Assembly: GCA_016207665.1 (NCBI GenBank)
Contig: JACQPG010000055.1
Coordinates: 35,184 to 99,183 of the forward strand
Reading direction: 5' to 3'
Length of the DNA stretch: 64,000 nt
Origin: Elusimicrobiota bacterium
GTDB lineage: Bacteria > Elusimicrobiota > Elusimicrobia > UBA1565 > UBA9628
Shown here: positions 9,901 through 17,462 of the stretch, one piece after another
Position numbering within the stretch: the stretch's first letter is position 1
How the letters are laid out: each line of letters opens with the position of its first letter
Notes under the pieces: model-generated
What the model was told of the DNA's origin: nothing
Databases searched by the model: none
What the model saw: the letters and a program-made list of their open reading frames with translations, nothing else
Made by a program: the position numbers and the translations under genes

Positions 9901-11678
9901 GCGGTGCTGACGAGGTTGATCTCGGTCTCTCCGTGGCTTTCATCGGTGCGCCCCCAGTAACCGGATTCGACGCGCATCCTATAGATGGCGCCGCTGCCCA
10001 CGAAGACCTGATAGTTATAGGAATTCGAGCCGCTGGCACTGATCACGGCGAAATTGCCGGGATTGCAGCGGCCGGTGCTTTGCTGGCACTCTCCGCGCAG
10101 CACGATGGTGATGGGATCATTGCGAAGGTCGGCGTTTTCCGAGAAGCTCAGCGTGCCGTGCAGCCTTCCCGTCTGATTGGACTGGGTATTGACCACGATC
10201 GTGATGGAGGAGACCCCCAAGCCTCCGATATCGACGCCCTGCCCATTGTAGATCCTGATCATCTGCCCGACCGCGACATCGGCGGCGTCGGTGCTGATGG
10301 TCAAGCGCAGATCATCGCTGCCGCAGTGGTCCTGCCCCCATTGCCAATTGCCGTCCGCTCCGGCGTTGAACATGATGCCGCGGTCCGTGAACTGGCTCCA
10401 CATACTGACGGAGAGGTTGCCGCTGGGCAGTCCGTCGACCAGGGCATAGCCCGTGGTGGCCCGCTTGTTCGAATTCGTCATGGCGGGCCGGCTCATCTGT
10501 CCCGGCGGATTGCAGCCGCCGCCGCCGTCAATCTCCCAGCGATCCCAGTCCGGCCAGACGTTCACTCCGGCGCCGGCCACGGGGTTGCCGTTCTGGTCCC
10601 TCACATAGACCGACAACTTGCCGATACTCGGCGGAGTCTTATTGAGCCTGACCTTCTTAATTTGAGGAGTACCTGTATAAAGGAAATCATTGATACCCGG
10701 AGGCGCGCCGAAGCCAGCCTTGGTGCTGAAGTGCCCGTCAAAGCAACCGGTTTGATTGCAATTACCGAATATCGACGCGTAATATGTCGTTCCAGGGACC
10801 AGGTCGAAGAGCTGGAAGCGGCCGTTGTTGTCCGAGTTGGTGAAAATAGTGCATGTCGAAGGACAGAAGCTGTTGACGAATTCGAATTTCACGTGTGACC
10901 AGGGGATGAAGCTCTCCGCCGAGGTGGTGTCGATCACCACTCCGTCGACCGAGACATTAGCCGCCTGGCCCGCGGAGGAGGATCTCGCCTCCTGCTCGAT
11001 CCTTTGAGGGGGCAAACCGCATTGATTGATATCGAGCGCGGCGTTGGTTACCGCGTCCGCCACGACCGCCGTGGCGATGGTCGAGTTGCAGCCCTTTTGC
11101 AGGGTGGGATCGTACACGTCCACCTCATAGGTGTTGGCCCCGGCCACCGGGATATTGGAGACCAGCATGTGACAGGTCCCGCCGCCGTCGGTCAAGCAAA
11201 GCCCGAAATTGACCTCGCGATTGGCGGTGGCGAGCTTATTGCGGATCGAGCCGAACAAGAAAGCGTTGGGGCTGGCGTTGCTCACCTGCGCGCGTATATA
11301 ACCTCCGCTGGTCACGCCCGCGGAGGAGATCACCACGGTGCGGGCGGTCGGGTTGCCCGGGACCTCGATATGCAGATGCTCGGGATCAAAAAACTGATCC
11401 TTCAAGATCGGAAAGAAACCATGCTTCTCGGCGACGACCTCGAAGGGTCCGCTTGCCAACCCGGCGAAAGAAGCCACGCCCGAGGCGTTGGTCAATCCCG
11501 TGCGGCTGTTGGTAGCGTCAGGCCCGCCCTCGCCGAAACGAACCACGTAGACCGTCGCCCCCTGGATCAGGGCTCCGTTCTCGTTGGTCACGGTCACGTC
11601 TATGTTCTGCGCGGAAGCCGCTCGAGCTCCCGCCAGAATCCCCAATCCGATCAAAAGGGAAATGATCCTTCTCGCCAT
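6921..11678 (-). CDS. Giant (~1585 aa) secreted/surface protein with repeated carboxypeptidase-regulatory-like beta-sandwich domains and a type-A T9SS C-terminal sorting domain (Por secretion tail)
   Basis: Start at ATG 11678 with SD GGAGGG 6 nt upstream. Signal peptide MARRIISLLIGLGILAGARAASAQ. Multiple repeats of the NIDVTVT..G..I.GATV / GVYSVAGLPPGNF / GAYRLDNLVPGNTYRI type. Last ~90 aa FPNPFNLSDKTVNLV...VIKYEVP...VHIRIYNLAGELVQEL...YAAWDGRQRDGKDVANGVYYGVI...TFKMAVIK matches the Por_Secre_tail consensus. Confidence 0.85.
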   Translation of the reverse strand: MARRIISLLIGLGILAGARAASAQNIDVTVTNENGALIQGATVYVVRFGEGGPDATNSRTGLTNASGVASFAGLASGPFEVVAEKHGFFPILKDQFFDPEHLHIEVPGNPTARTVVISSAGVTSGGYIRAQVSNASPNAFLFGSIRNKLATANREVNFGLCLTDGGGTCHMLVSNIPVAGANTYEVDVYDPTLQKGCNSTIATAVVADAVTNAALDINQCGLPPQRIEQEARSSSAGQAANVSVDGVVIDTTSAESFIPWSHVKFEFVNSFCPSTCTIFTNSDNNGRFQLFDLVPGTTYYASIFGNCNQTGCFDGHFSTKAGFGAPPGINDFLYTGTPQIKKVRLNKTPPSIGKLSVYVRDQNGNPVAGAGVNVWPDWDRWEIDGGGGCNPPGQMSRPAMTNSNKRATTGYALVDGLPSGNLSVSMWSQFTDRGIMFNAGADGNWQWGQDHCGSDDLRLTISTDAADVAVGQMIRIYNGQGVDIGGLGVSSITIVVNTQSNQTGRLHGTLSFSENADLRNDPITIVLRGECQQSTGRCNPGNFAVISASGSNSYNYQVFVGSGAIYRMRVESGYWGRTDESHGETEINLVSTAVARLDMNFVPAGRLTGKLLKPDGTVWQPENSGNQFTSASLSASGDNVEGGGWTQVTDAGEYTLGGLIPGTYRMRVYGWGKFPYANPTTNQKATIVANQDTSTDFKLVDGTYMAISVATASLQPISFVTSSREPRPVETWSVLTVPPGTLFKGEKLTELLDAWDNYINYYPPGQGYCGPSGGFCTVRMPSPGIYDMYLLRKGDFMSGDANSTHMFLTILTSSKNVIIDSARATASVFAEGGQPVQAVPVNLTPSPAQNALGQVTLQGTVIANNIFRQADFQNLGGDFDNFMKFIPLISVFDASGSLKSAGFVTPNPQNFTQAMDEQLNQSLANNDWNLFQQTFGGLAFGYQLRGLIPGQTYLAVLTTPNYPPYQTKVTMSVDGSTTTLNFNLDQLVGSGATLSGVVTTTNSVVIANASVAIEAENYPKKIVTTNASGVYSVAGLPPGNFKILASASGYAPSAANKDVFGTGTLTQNLSLTAAAGVISGTVYSQRLPFAKTQPNAEIIAYDDTFNGQNPTSELPLFRVKTSSVGAYRLDNLVPGNTYRIAVKYPGKYVITQSTVAPAAGIDFTLASKPLRVEVTCAPNPPKFQCTVANPGDFDDGQAWYHQATVPFSVAVSTPIMDAQEQVDGSLVLNIPLADLSDNVIYNMHIVANPNSPRPVIQDLRFSKSHGGGAKKDIDDELLGDSDSDAAGRAQNKVTIDDSGNDASAITIPPGSMLPISSGAIPSCSLSNVDVDASTIASIVGTVGRAAFASDVYQLDIASVNFTAKGFQVCLSYDKNQTSLTDAAVHHYNSVSGKWEVVPGQQTLDPIKGTVCARVLGLTSVSGVQSSPMRALFDGRSHRINPLSHVAGHVESGSFGILKPSLTGAAYSGSIFKVFNFPNPFNLSDKTVNLVHGGATTSLTTRGTVIKYEVPSSVGSSRVHIRIYNLAGELVQELDQGEQSGGSYYYAAWDGRQRDGKDVANGVYYGVISMGGVKAKDATFKMAVIK

Positions 11679-11774
11679 GGTTGCCCTCCGGGTTATCGCT
11701 TCGCCAAGAAAAAAAAGAACGTCCCGTCTCTCGCTCACTTGATTATCTAGTTAAATCCGGTCCGAAGATGCGTG

Positions 11775-11803
11775 AGTATATTCGCCGCTCAACGCCTTGT
11801 CAA
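11775..11803 (-). promoter_or_regulatory. Candidate sigma70-type promoter P2 for the giant CTD protein gene (TTGACA-17-TATACT)
   Basis: On the minus strand: cTTGACAaggcgttgagcggcgaaTATACTcacg. Perfect -35, 17-nt spacer, near-consensus -10. Would give a ~90-nt leader. Confidence 0.45.
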
Positions 11804-11842
11804 GACCTAATGACTTTTTCGCGACACTCTCCGAATGATGAA

Positions 11843-11872
11843 TAGGTCCTTGGTCCTATTCGTCATAGGACC
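11843..11872. promoter_or_regulatory. Three alternating-orientation copies of ATAGG(A/T)CC (candidate regulator binding sites) between two candidate promoters
   Basis: ATAGGTCC (11843-11849), GGTCCTAT (11852-11859) and ATAGGACC (11865-11872). The last two form an 8-bp inverted repeat with a 5-nt spacer. Confidence 0.3.
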
Positions 11873-11879
11873 GCTGGGA

Positions 11880-11909
11880 AGTCTAGAAATGTGCCCGCGA
11901 AGATGTCAA
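11880..11909 (-). promoter_or_regulatory. Candidate distal sigma70-type promoter P1 (TTGACA-18-TAGACT) for the giant CTD protein gene
   Basis: Minus strand: aacTTGACAtcttcgcgggcacatttcTAGACTtcc. Confidence 0.3.
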
Positions 11910-11944
11910 GTTTTTTTGACCTTGATATGACAGAAATGAAAAGT

Positions 11945-11964
11945 CCTCTCTTGCGCTCGCCAGG
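11945..11964. repeat. Direct-repeat copy of the tRNA-Arg 3' end (att-like scar)
   Basis: cctctcttgcgctcgccagg duplicates 12065-12083, which covers the tRNA acceptor 3' strand, the start of the T-stem and the 3' trailer (both read on the plus strand). Confidence 0.6.
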
Positions 11965-12026
11965 CCGGCCGTCGACGCCATCCCAAGGACGTCCGGCACG
12001 GCTCGCTACCGCTCGCTCGGAATCGC

Positions 12027-12048
12027 GGTATCCAGGTTCGATTCCTGG
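12027..12048. repeat. Inverted copy of the tRNA-Arg variable-loop/T-arm (22 bp)
   Basis: ggtatccaggttcgattcctgg at 12027-12048 is the exact reverse complement of 12079-12100 inside the tRNA. Spacer is 30 nt. Confidence 0.6.
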
Positions 12049-12070
12049 ACAGAAATAACGAGCCCCCTCT

Positions 12071-12142
12071 TGCGCTCGCCAGGAATCGAACCTGGATACC
12101 GAGCTTCGCAGGCTCGTACACTATCCATTGTGTTACGAGCGC
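12071..12142 (-). tRNA. tRNA-Arg, anticodon GCG (CCA not encoded)
   Basis: Hand-folded cloverleaf: GCGCTCG TA ACAC AATGGATA GTGT A CGAGC CTGCGAA GCTCG GTAT CCAGG TTCGATT CCTGG CGAGCGC A. 7-bp acceptor, GG in D-loop with A20 (Arg identity), U33, A37, TTCGATT T-loop. Confidence 0.75.
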
Positions 12143-12163
12143 AAGAGAGGGCCTGAAACGGGA

Positions 12164-13366
12164 TTATAGCTCTTTTCTGTCGAGCCACGCGATCGTCTCG
12201 ACGTGCTCGGTATGCGGGAACATGTCGATGATCTCGGCTCGCTCGAGGCAATAGGCGGGCTCGAGGGCCTTGAGATCGCGCGCCAAGGACTGCGGATTGC
12301 AAGAGACATACAATAGGGCCCTGGGCCTCTTGTCGAGAATCATCGCCAGGGCCTTGCCCTGCAACCCCGAGCGGGGCGGGTCCACGATCACGACATCGGG
12401 ATCGGCGCCCAGCAGGGGCGCGGCCATCAGCTCGACGCTTCCCGCGAAGAACTCCACGTTGGAGATGCCGTTGAGCGCGGAGTTGGCGCGCGCGTCGAGC
12501 ACCGCGCTCTCATTGAGCTCCACCCCCCAGACCTTATCGCACGATCCCGCGATGGACAGGGCGATTCCTCCGCCTCCGCAATAGAGATCAAGAGCCGTGC
12601 GCGCTCTTTTTTCTTCCAGCCAGGAGAGGACGATCCCGTAGAGGAGTTCGGCGCCCCAGGTATTGGTCTGAAAGAAAGAAAGGGGCGATATCTGGAACAG
12701 TATCTCGCGGGAGCCGATCTTGATCGACTCGGTGATGCGGCCGGAGCCCGAAAGCCTCTCGATCCGATCGGGTATGGCCGTGTCCGACAGTTTCTCGTTG
12801 ATTCCTCTCAGAACGGTGGTGGCCGGATAGACCGAATTTATGGCACTTATTAAGGAAAGCTCATCCAGGGGTCCCTGGGAGGTAAGCAGCATCACCATCC
12901 TCTCCGGGCGATTCTTGGCTTCCCGGAGCACCAGATGGCGCAAGAAACCCCGATGCCGATGCGCATTATAGGGCTCATACCCGCCTGCCGCGGCCCAGCG
13001 ACGCAACTCCGTCAAAAGAACGGCCGCTTCGGGGGAAAGCAGATAGCATTCCTCAATGGAAAGCACTTGATGCCAGCGGCCCCTGGCCTTGAGGCCCAAG
13101 CGTAGCCGGGGACCCTCAGGGATCGGGGGATAGACGTCCCCGAAGCTGAACTCCATCTTGTTGCGATAAAACCAGGGCTTGGGCGAGGCATGCGCGGGCA
13201 AGCGCTCAAGGCGGAAGGGAGCCAGAAGCTCGCCCACGGCCTTGGCCTTGGCCGCCAATTGGGACTCATAGCTCCTGTCTTGGAGCGAGCAACCGCCGCA
13301 GGAGCCGAAATGCCGGCAACGCGGCAAAGGCTCAAGAGGAGAACTTAAAGAAGCAGACGTCTCCAT
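12164..13366 (-). CDS. 23S rRNA (uracil-C5)-methyltransferase, RlmD/RumA (TrmA) family
   Basis: N-terminal Fe-S cysteine cluster CRHFGSCGGCSLQ, SAM-binding DLYCGGGGIAL, C-terminal catalytic region VSCNPQSL. Start codon ambiguous (13378 or 13366); both overlap ychF. Confidence 0.8.
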   Translation of the reverse strand: METSASLSSPLEPLPRCRHFGSCGGCSLQDRSYESQLAAKAKAVGELLAPFRLERLPAHASPKPWFYRNKMEFSFGDVYPPIPEGPRLRLGLKARGRWHQVLSIEECYLLSPEAAVLLTELRRWAAAGGYEPYNAHRHRGFLRHLVLREAKNRPERMVMLLTSQGPLDELSLISAINSVYPATTVLRGINEKLSDTAIPDRIERLSGSGRITESIKIGSREILFQISPLSFFQTNTWGAELLYGIVLSWLEEKRARTALDLYCGGGGIALSIAGSCDKVWGVELNESAVLDARANSALNGISNVEFFAGSVELMAAPLLGADPDVVIVDPPRSGLQGKALAMILDKRPRALLYVSCNPQSLARDLKALEPAYCLERAEIIDMFPHTEHVETIAWLDRKEL

Positions 13367-14402
13367 CCTTGACCACATAATCCTTGCCCTCGGACCTGAT
13401 GAGGCCCTTTTCCCGCAGAATCGATTCCCTTTCGTGCTTGTCTATGTCCGAAAAGGAATAGACCTCGGCCCTGATGAACCCCTTCTCGAAATCGCTGTGG
13501 ATGACCCCGGCGGCTTGAGGGGCCCGCGCGCCCGCCGGGATGGTCCAGGCCCTGACCTCGTCCTCTCCGGCCGTGAAGTAACTGCAAAGACCCAACAGGC
13601 GATAAGCCGCCACGATCACCCGCTCAAGCCCGGTGACCTCCAGACCCATCTCCTTCATGAAGACCTGGCGATCCGCCTCTTGAAGCTGCGCGATCTCCGA
13701 CTCGAGCTTCGAGCAAAGGGTGACGGATTCCCCTCCTCGCTCCGCGGCCATGGCCTTGAAATCCTCCAGCATCTTGGGATCCGCCGTCTCATCCGTATTG
13801 CCCACGTAAAGAACGGGCTTGGCGCTGAGCAGGAAGAAATCCCTGATCTGCTTCGGGTCCACTCCCAAGCGACGGGCGGGTATCCCCTTCTCGAGGCCTT
13901 GCTTGACCTTATCGAGCACCGCGAGAGTCTCCCTGGCCGCCTTATCCCCGGATTTGGCCTTGCCCGATACTTTTTCGTACTGTTTCTCGAGGCTGCTCAA
14001 ATCCGCGAGCATCAATTCGGTCTCGATGATCTCCACATCCCGTCGGGGATCGACGGCTCCCAAGGTATGGACCACGTCCGGGTCGCGAAAGAGGCGGACC
14101 ATATGGATGATCGCGTCCACCTCGCGGATATGGGAGAGGAACTTATTGCCGAGACCCTCTCCCGAGGCCGCCCCCTTGACCAGCCCGGCGATATCGACGA
14201 AACGCACGATGGCGGCCGTGGTCTTTTTCGGCTTGAACAGCCCGCTGAGCCTGTCAAGCCTGCTGTCGGGAACTCCGACCACGCCTACGTTGGGCTCGAT
14301 CGTGGTGAAAGGATAGTTCGAGGCGGCGGCATGGCCCGAGGTCAAAGCGTTGAAGATGGTCGATTTTCCGACGTTGGGAAGCCCGACGATGCCGATCTCC
14401 AC
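13332..14402 (-). CDS. ychF: Ribosome-binding ATPase YchF (Obg-family GTPase)
   Basis: G1 motif GLPNVGKST, NYPFTTIEPN, DIAGLV, and the C-terminal TGS domain (...GFIRAEVYSFSDIDKHERE...KDYVVKDGDV). Confidence 0.9.
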   Translation of the reverse strand: MEIGIVGLPNVGKSTIFNALTSGHAAASNYPFTTIEPNVGVVGVPDSRLDRLSGLFKPKKTTAAIVRFVDIAGLVKGAASGEGLGNKFLSHIREVDAIIHMVRLFRDPDVVHTLGAVDPRRDVEIIETELMLADLSSLEKQYEKVSGKAKSGDKAARETLAVLDKVKQGLEKGIPARRLGVDPKQIRDFFLLSAKPVLYVGNTDETADPKMLEDFKAMAAERGGESVTLCSKLESEIAQLQEADRQVFMKEMGLEVTGLERVIVAAYRLLGLCSYFTAGEDEVRAWTIPAGARAPQAAGVIHSDFEKGFIRAEVYSFSDIDKHERESILREKGLIRSEGKDYVVKDGDVCFFKFSS

Positions 14403-14534
14403 GTCTTATTTTATCAAATGGGCCGGGTCGGACTCTCAGAGCCGAAAGTCCCATAATGCCCTGGGCCTTCTAGCGCGAGATGGCCGGACCGAAAGTCTCA
14501 CGCTCGTTTTATTTCATTGAAGTAGAATCGACGC

Positions 14535-17462
14535 ATGAACAGGATCTCCTCGCTGCTGCTTGCCGCCTCTTTATTGTTCTCGTCGATCCAACCCGCTTTC
14601 GCCGCTTCCCGGCAGAGACGCGCGGGCCCGGGCTCGTCCCGCGGACCTGCCGCCGGAGCCAGACGGCCGGCGCGCGTTCAAGGCCCCAGGACCGCCCAGT
14701 CCATCCAGGCTCCTGCCCTGCCGGCTTCCGCCGTGAGCGCCAGCGCCGAAAGACCCGACGATCCCCGACGGCGCCAAGATCCCGGTCCCGACGATGTCGA
14801 TGACGGCGACGGCGGCGGGCGCCGAGACCCGGACATCGACGAGCCCGTCGACCCAGAGCGCGATGATGGATTTCTCCTCAACACATTGGAAAACGTCGAG
14901 ACCTCCTTGGCCAAGCTTGACCGCATATTCGGTGAGAACCGGATCGCGGCTCGCGTCGCCAAGTTGCCCACGATCGATCTCGCTCGCGCGGGCCTGCATG
15001 AGCTGCTGGTCGCCCGGCAGGGAGCCCTTCTGCGCGAGATCGCGCTGGAACGCAGGCTCTCCATACACCATGCCCATGCGATCGAGGACTCGGGCAACGC
15101 TCATACCCATCATCGGAAGGCCCGCGAGACCCAGCAAGACATAACGGCCCTCAAAGCCCACATCTCGAGCATCGAAGCGCGGATCAGGGAGGTCCAAGAG
15201 GCGATACTCCAGCAACAGCCGGCGGATTCGGTCGCCATGCCCCACTCGCTGGAAGACGCCGCCCAGCCGGCTCGGCCTCGCCGATTCAACATCCCCGTCG
15301 AAGACGAGCCGGCGCAGGCGGATTTGACCCCTTGGGAGAAGGCGCTCGCCTTGGGCCGTCGATTGCATCTCAAAGGGTTCAAGATTCCGCCGGTGGAAGC
15401 CGGTCAACCCGTCCGCGTTATCGGATCTTGGACGGAGAAGGAGGTCAATTATAGCGCTGTAGGGATCCAACTGGCTCTCAGCCAGGAAAACGGGCTCGTA
15501 GCCACCCGGAACGGCCAAACCCTCACGCCCGAAGAGCTGATGAGCTGGCTGGAAATCGCGGAGATGGCGGGGCTTAAATCCGCTCCCGCGCCCTTCCAGA
15601 TCCCCGAGAAGGATCGGGCGGCCGCGGAAGCCGGCAAAAAACTGCTCTCGTGGCGCGTTCCGCCCCACATCTTGAACCACTCGCTTCAGGCCGTGATGGG
15701 CGCCAATAAGAGGCGCTTCACGCTTTCGCCCGACGTGGTTTTCTACTTCTTCCGCCAGGGCGTGCCCCTGGCCACGCCCGTCGGACAGATATTGGCTCAA
15801 TTCTTGGCGGCTTTGCGCGAGGAGGGACGCGAAAGAGCCTTGAGCCAGGAGGAGCTTTATTCGTTGGGCGTAGAAATCGAGCAGGAAATCCCCCGCTATA
15901 GGCCCGAGGAAGCCCAAGAAAGCGCCCAGGATCTCTATCGCCGCCTAGCCGACAATACTTTCTACCGGCCTCTGGTGGACTCCCCAGTGGGCATAGACCT
16001 CGGCCGGCCCGGCCTAGATCTGGCCGGCTATCTACGCAAGCAATTCGACGCTCTGCGCGGCAAGCTCAATAACGCCTTGAGCCAGGGCGCGGATTTGGAG
16101 ACCCTGCAAGATCCGGCTCAGGCCCTGCGCTTCGCCTGGACCGCCCTCGCTCCGCTATCCAACGAATTGAGGACCATGCTGCACCGCGATGGATTCTCTT
16201 TCTTAAAGTATGGCTCTGCTCACGAATGGGAGGTCTGGCGCATGCTCCCCCTCGGAGAAGCAGTCTTCTCCCTGGGACTGAACGATATCATCCGCCGCCG
16301 CGCGCAACGGGGCGGCAGGGGCTACGCGGTGCCCGTGATCGCGGACTCGGGCGTCGTCGATACCATACATCCGGACAACTCGAAAAACGTCATCGACCTC
16401 GACCGCGCCGGCCGGGAAATCCCTACCGAGCAACTCCTGGCCAAGGCTCTCGCGGCGCAGGCGGCGAAGAAAAAAGAGGAAGCCAAGAAAGGCGATCTCT
16501 CCCCGGAGGCGGTCGCCCGCCTGGCCGAAGGCACCGAGACCCAGTGGAAAAAGGGCGGGGAAGATATACAGGCCCACGCCCATGCCACCGCCATCGCCAC
16601 GCCTCTAGGTCTGGCGGCGGAGGTCTTGGGCCGGAAGATCCGTTCGGTGGACTTGCCCAACTTCCAGGGCGACTCGGACAAGGTCCCGGAGGGCGATCGG
16701 GAGAACTATTTCTTCGATGAGCTCAAGCGCTCGGTGGAAGCCGCGATACAGCACATTCTCAGCGAGGACGAGCTCTCCATACCGGTGGTGAACTTCAGCT
16801 GGGGCGGCAGTTTCGACAGCCGCATCGGAGAATGGATGAACGAGGTCGCCGCGAAATACGGGGCGATATTCGTCGCGGCTTTCGGCAATTCCGGCCCGGG
16901 ACGCCATCAGGAAACGGTGCCGTCCTACGCGGATGCGGTCGACACCATCGCCGCGACCAACGGGCTCAACGCCGAGGCCAATTTCACCTCGGGCGGCGGT
17001 CTTGGAATACGCACGGCCAGCGGCAAGCGCGCCGAGCGCCCGACCCGAGCCGCCCCTGGCGGTGTTTGGGGAGCCAACAGCTTCCTGCAGCCCGGGGTGC
17101 AGAACGCCGACATGGGAGTGATATTCGCTCCGGAAACCAGCGGGCGCTATATGCATGACCGCGGCACGTCCTTTGCCGCTCCCCTGGACGCCATGGCGTT
17201 GACCTTCATGGCGGATGAGGCGGTGTTCCAGGCCCTTGAGTTCTTCAAAGCCAGCGGCTTGAGCGAGAGGGAGAGCCGGGCGCGGGTCAAGAGCCTGCTC
17301 CCTTCCTTGGCCCGTCAAGTCAGCCTGGCCGCCACCGCGGCGGCCGAGATGATGATCGGAGTGCCGCGCCGTTATCAAGGCAACGGCGCGATCAGGCCTT
17401 CCCGGGCCTTGGAATCGTTGACCCAGCGGGTCCGAGAAATCTTGGAGTCGAGGACATCATGA
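14535..17462 (+). CDS. Secreted 975-aa protein with C-terminal subtilase-like (peptidase S8-like) domain
   Basis: Signal peptide MNRISSLLLAASLLFSSIQPAFA. C-terminal third carries S8-like motifs VIADSGVVDTIHPD (Asp), FVAAFGNSGPG (Asn/oxyanion) and GTSFAAPLDAMAL (Ser); the His-motif region is divergent. N-terminal ~550 aa have no recognisable domain and include a coiled-coil stretch. Confidence 0.65.
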   Translation: MNRISSLLLAASLLFSSIQPAFAASRQRRAGPGSSRGPAAGARRPARVQGPRTAQSIQAPALPASAVSASAERPDDPRRRQDPGPDDVDDGDGGGRRDPDIDEPVDPERDDGFLLNTLENVETSLAKLDRIFGENRIAARVAKLPTIDLARAGLHELLVARQGALLREIALERRLSIHHAHAIEDSGNAHTHHRKARETQQDITALKAHISSIEARIREVQEAILQQQPADSVAMPHSLEDAAQPARPRRFNIPVEDEPAQADLTPWEKALALGRRLHLKGFKIPPVEAGQPVRVIGSWTEKEVNYSAVGIQLALSQENGLVATRNGQTLTPEELMSWLEIAEMAGLKSAPAPFQIPEKDRAAAEAGKKLLSWRVPPHILNHSLQAVMGANKRRFTLSPDVVFYFFRQGVPLATPVGQILAQFLAALREEGRERALSQEELYSLGVEIEQEIPRYRPEEAQESAQDLYRRLADNTFYRPLVDSPVGIDLGRPGLDLAGYLRKQFDALRGKLNNALSQGADLETLQDPAQALRFAWTALAPLSNELRTMLHRDGFSFLKYGSAHEWEVWRMLPLGEAVFSLGLNDIIRRRAQRGGRGYAVPVIADSGVVDTIHPDNSKNVIDLDRAGREIPTEQLLAKALAAQAAKKKEEAKKGDLSPEAVARLAEGTETQWKKGGEDIQAHAHATAIATPLGLAAEVLGRKIRSVDLPNFQGDSDKVPEGDRENYFFDELKRSVEAAIQHILSEDELSIPVVNFSWGGSFDSRIGEWMNEVAAKYGAIFVAAFGNSGPGRHQETVPSYADAVDTIAATNGLNAEANFTSGGGLGIRTASGKRAERPTRAAPGGVWGANSFLQPGVQNADMGVIFAPETSGRYMHDRGTSFAAPLDAMALTFMADEAVFQALEFFKASGLSERESRARVKSLLPSLARQVSLAATAAAEMMIGVPRRYQGNGAIRPSRALESLTQRVREILESRTS

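Noticed and set aside
7206-10898. Long plus-strand ORFs (445 aa, 588 aa and others) inside the giant adhesin gene
   Set aside because: Antisense shadow ORFs typical of GC-rich DNA. They have Arg/Gly/His-rich low-complexity composition and no motifs, and lie fully inside a motif-supported gene.
11975-12060. A possible second, plus-strand tRNA suggested by the GGTTCGATTCC T-arm at 12033-12045
   Set aside because: No complementary acceptor stem (3' side ACAGAAA, no TTTCTGT upstream), and no D- or anticodon arms could be folded. It is an inverted copy of the minus-strand tRNA T-arm only.
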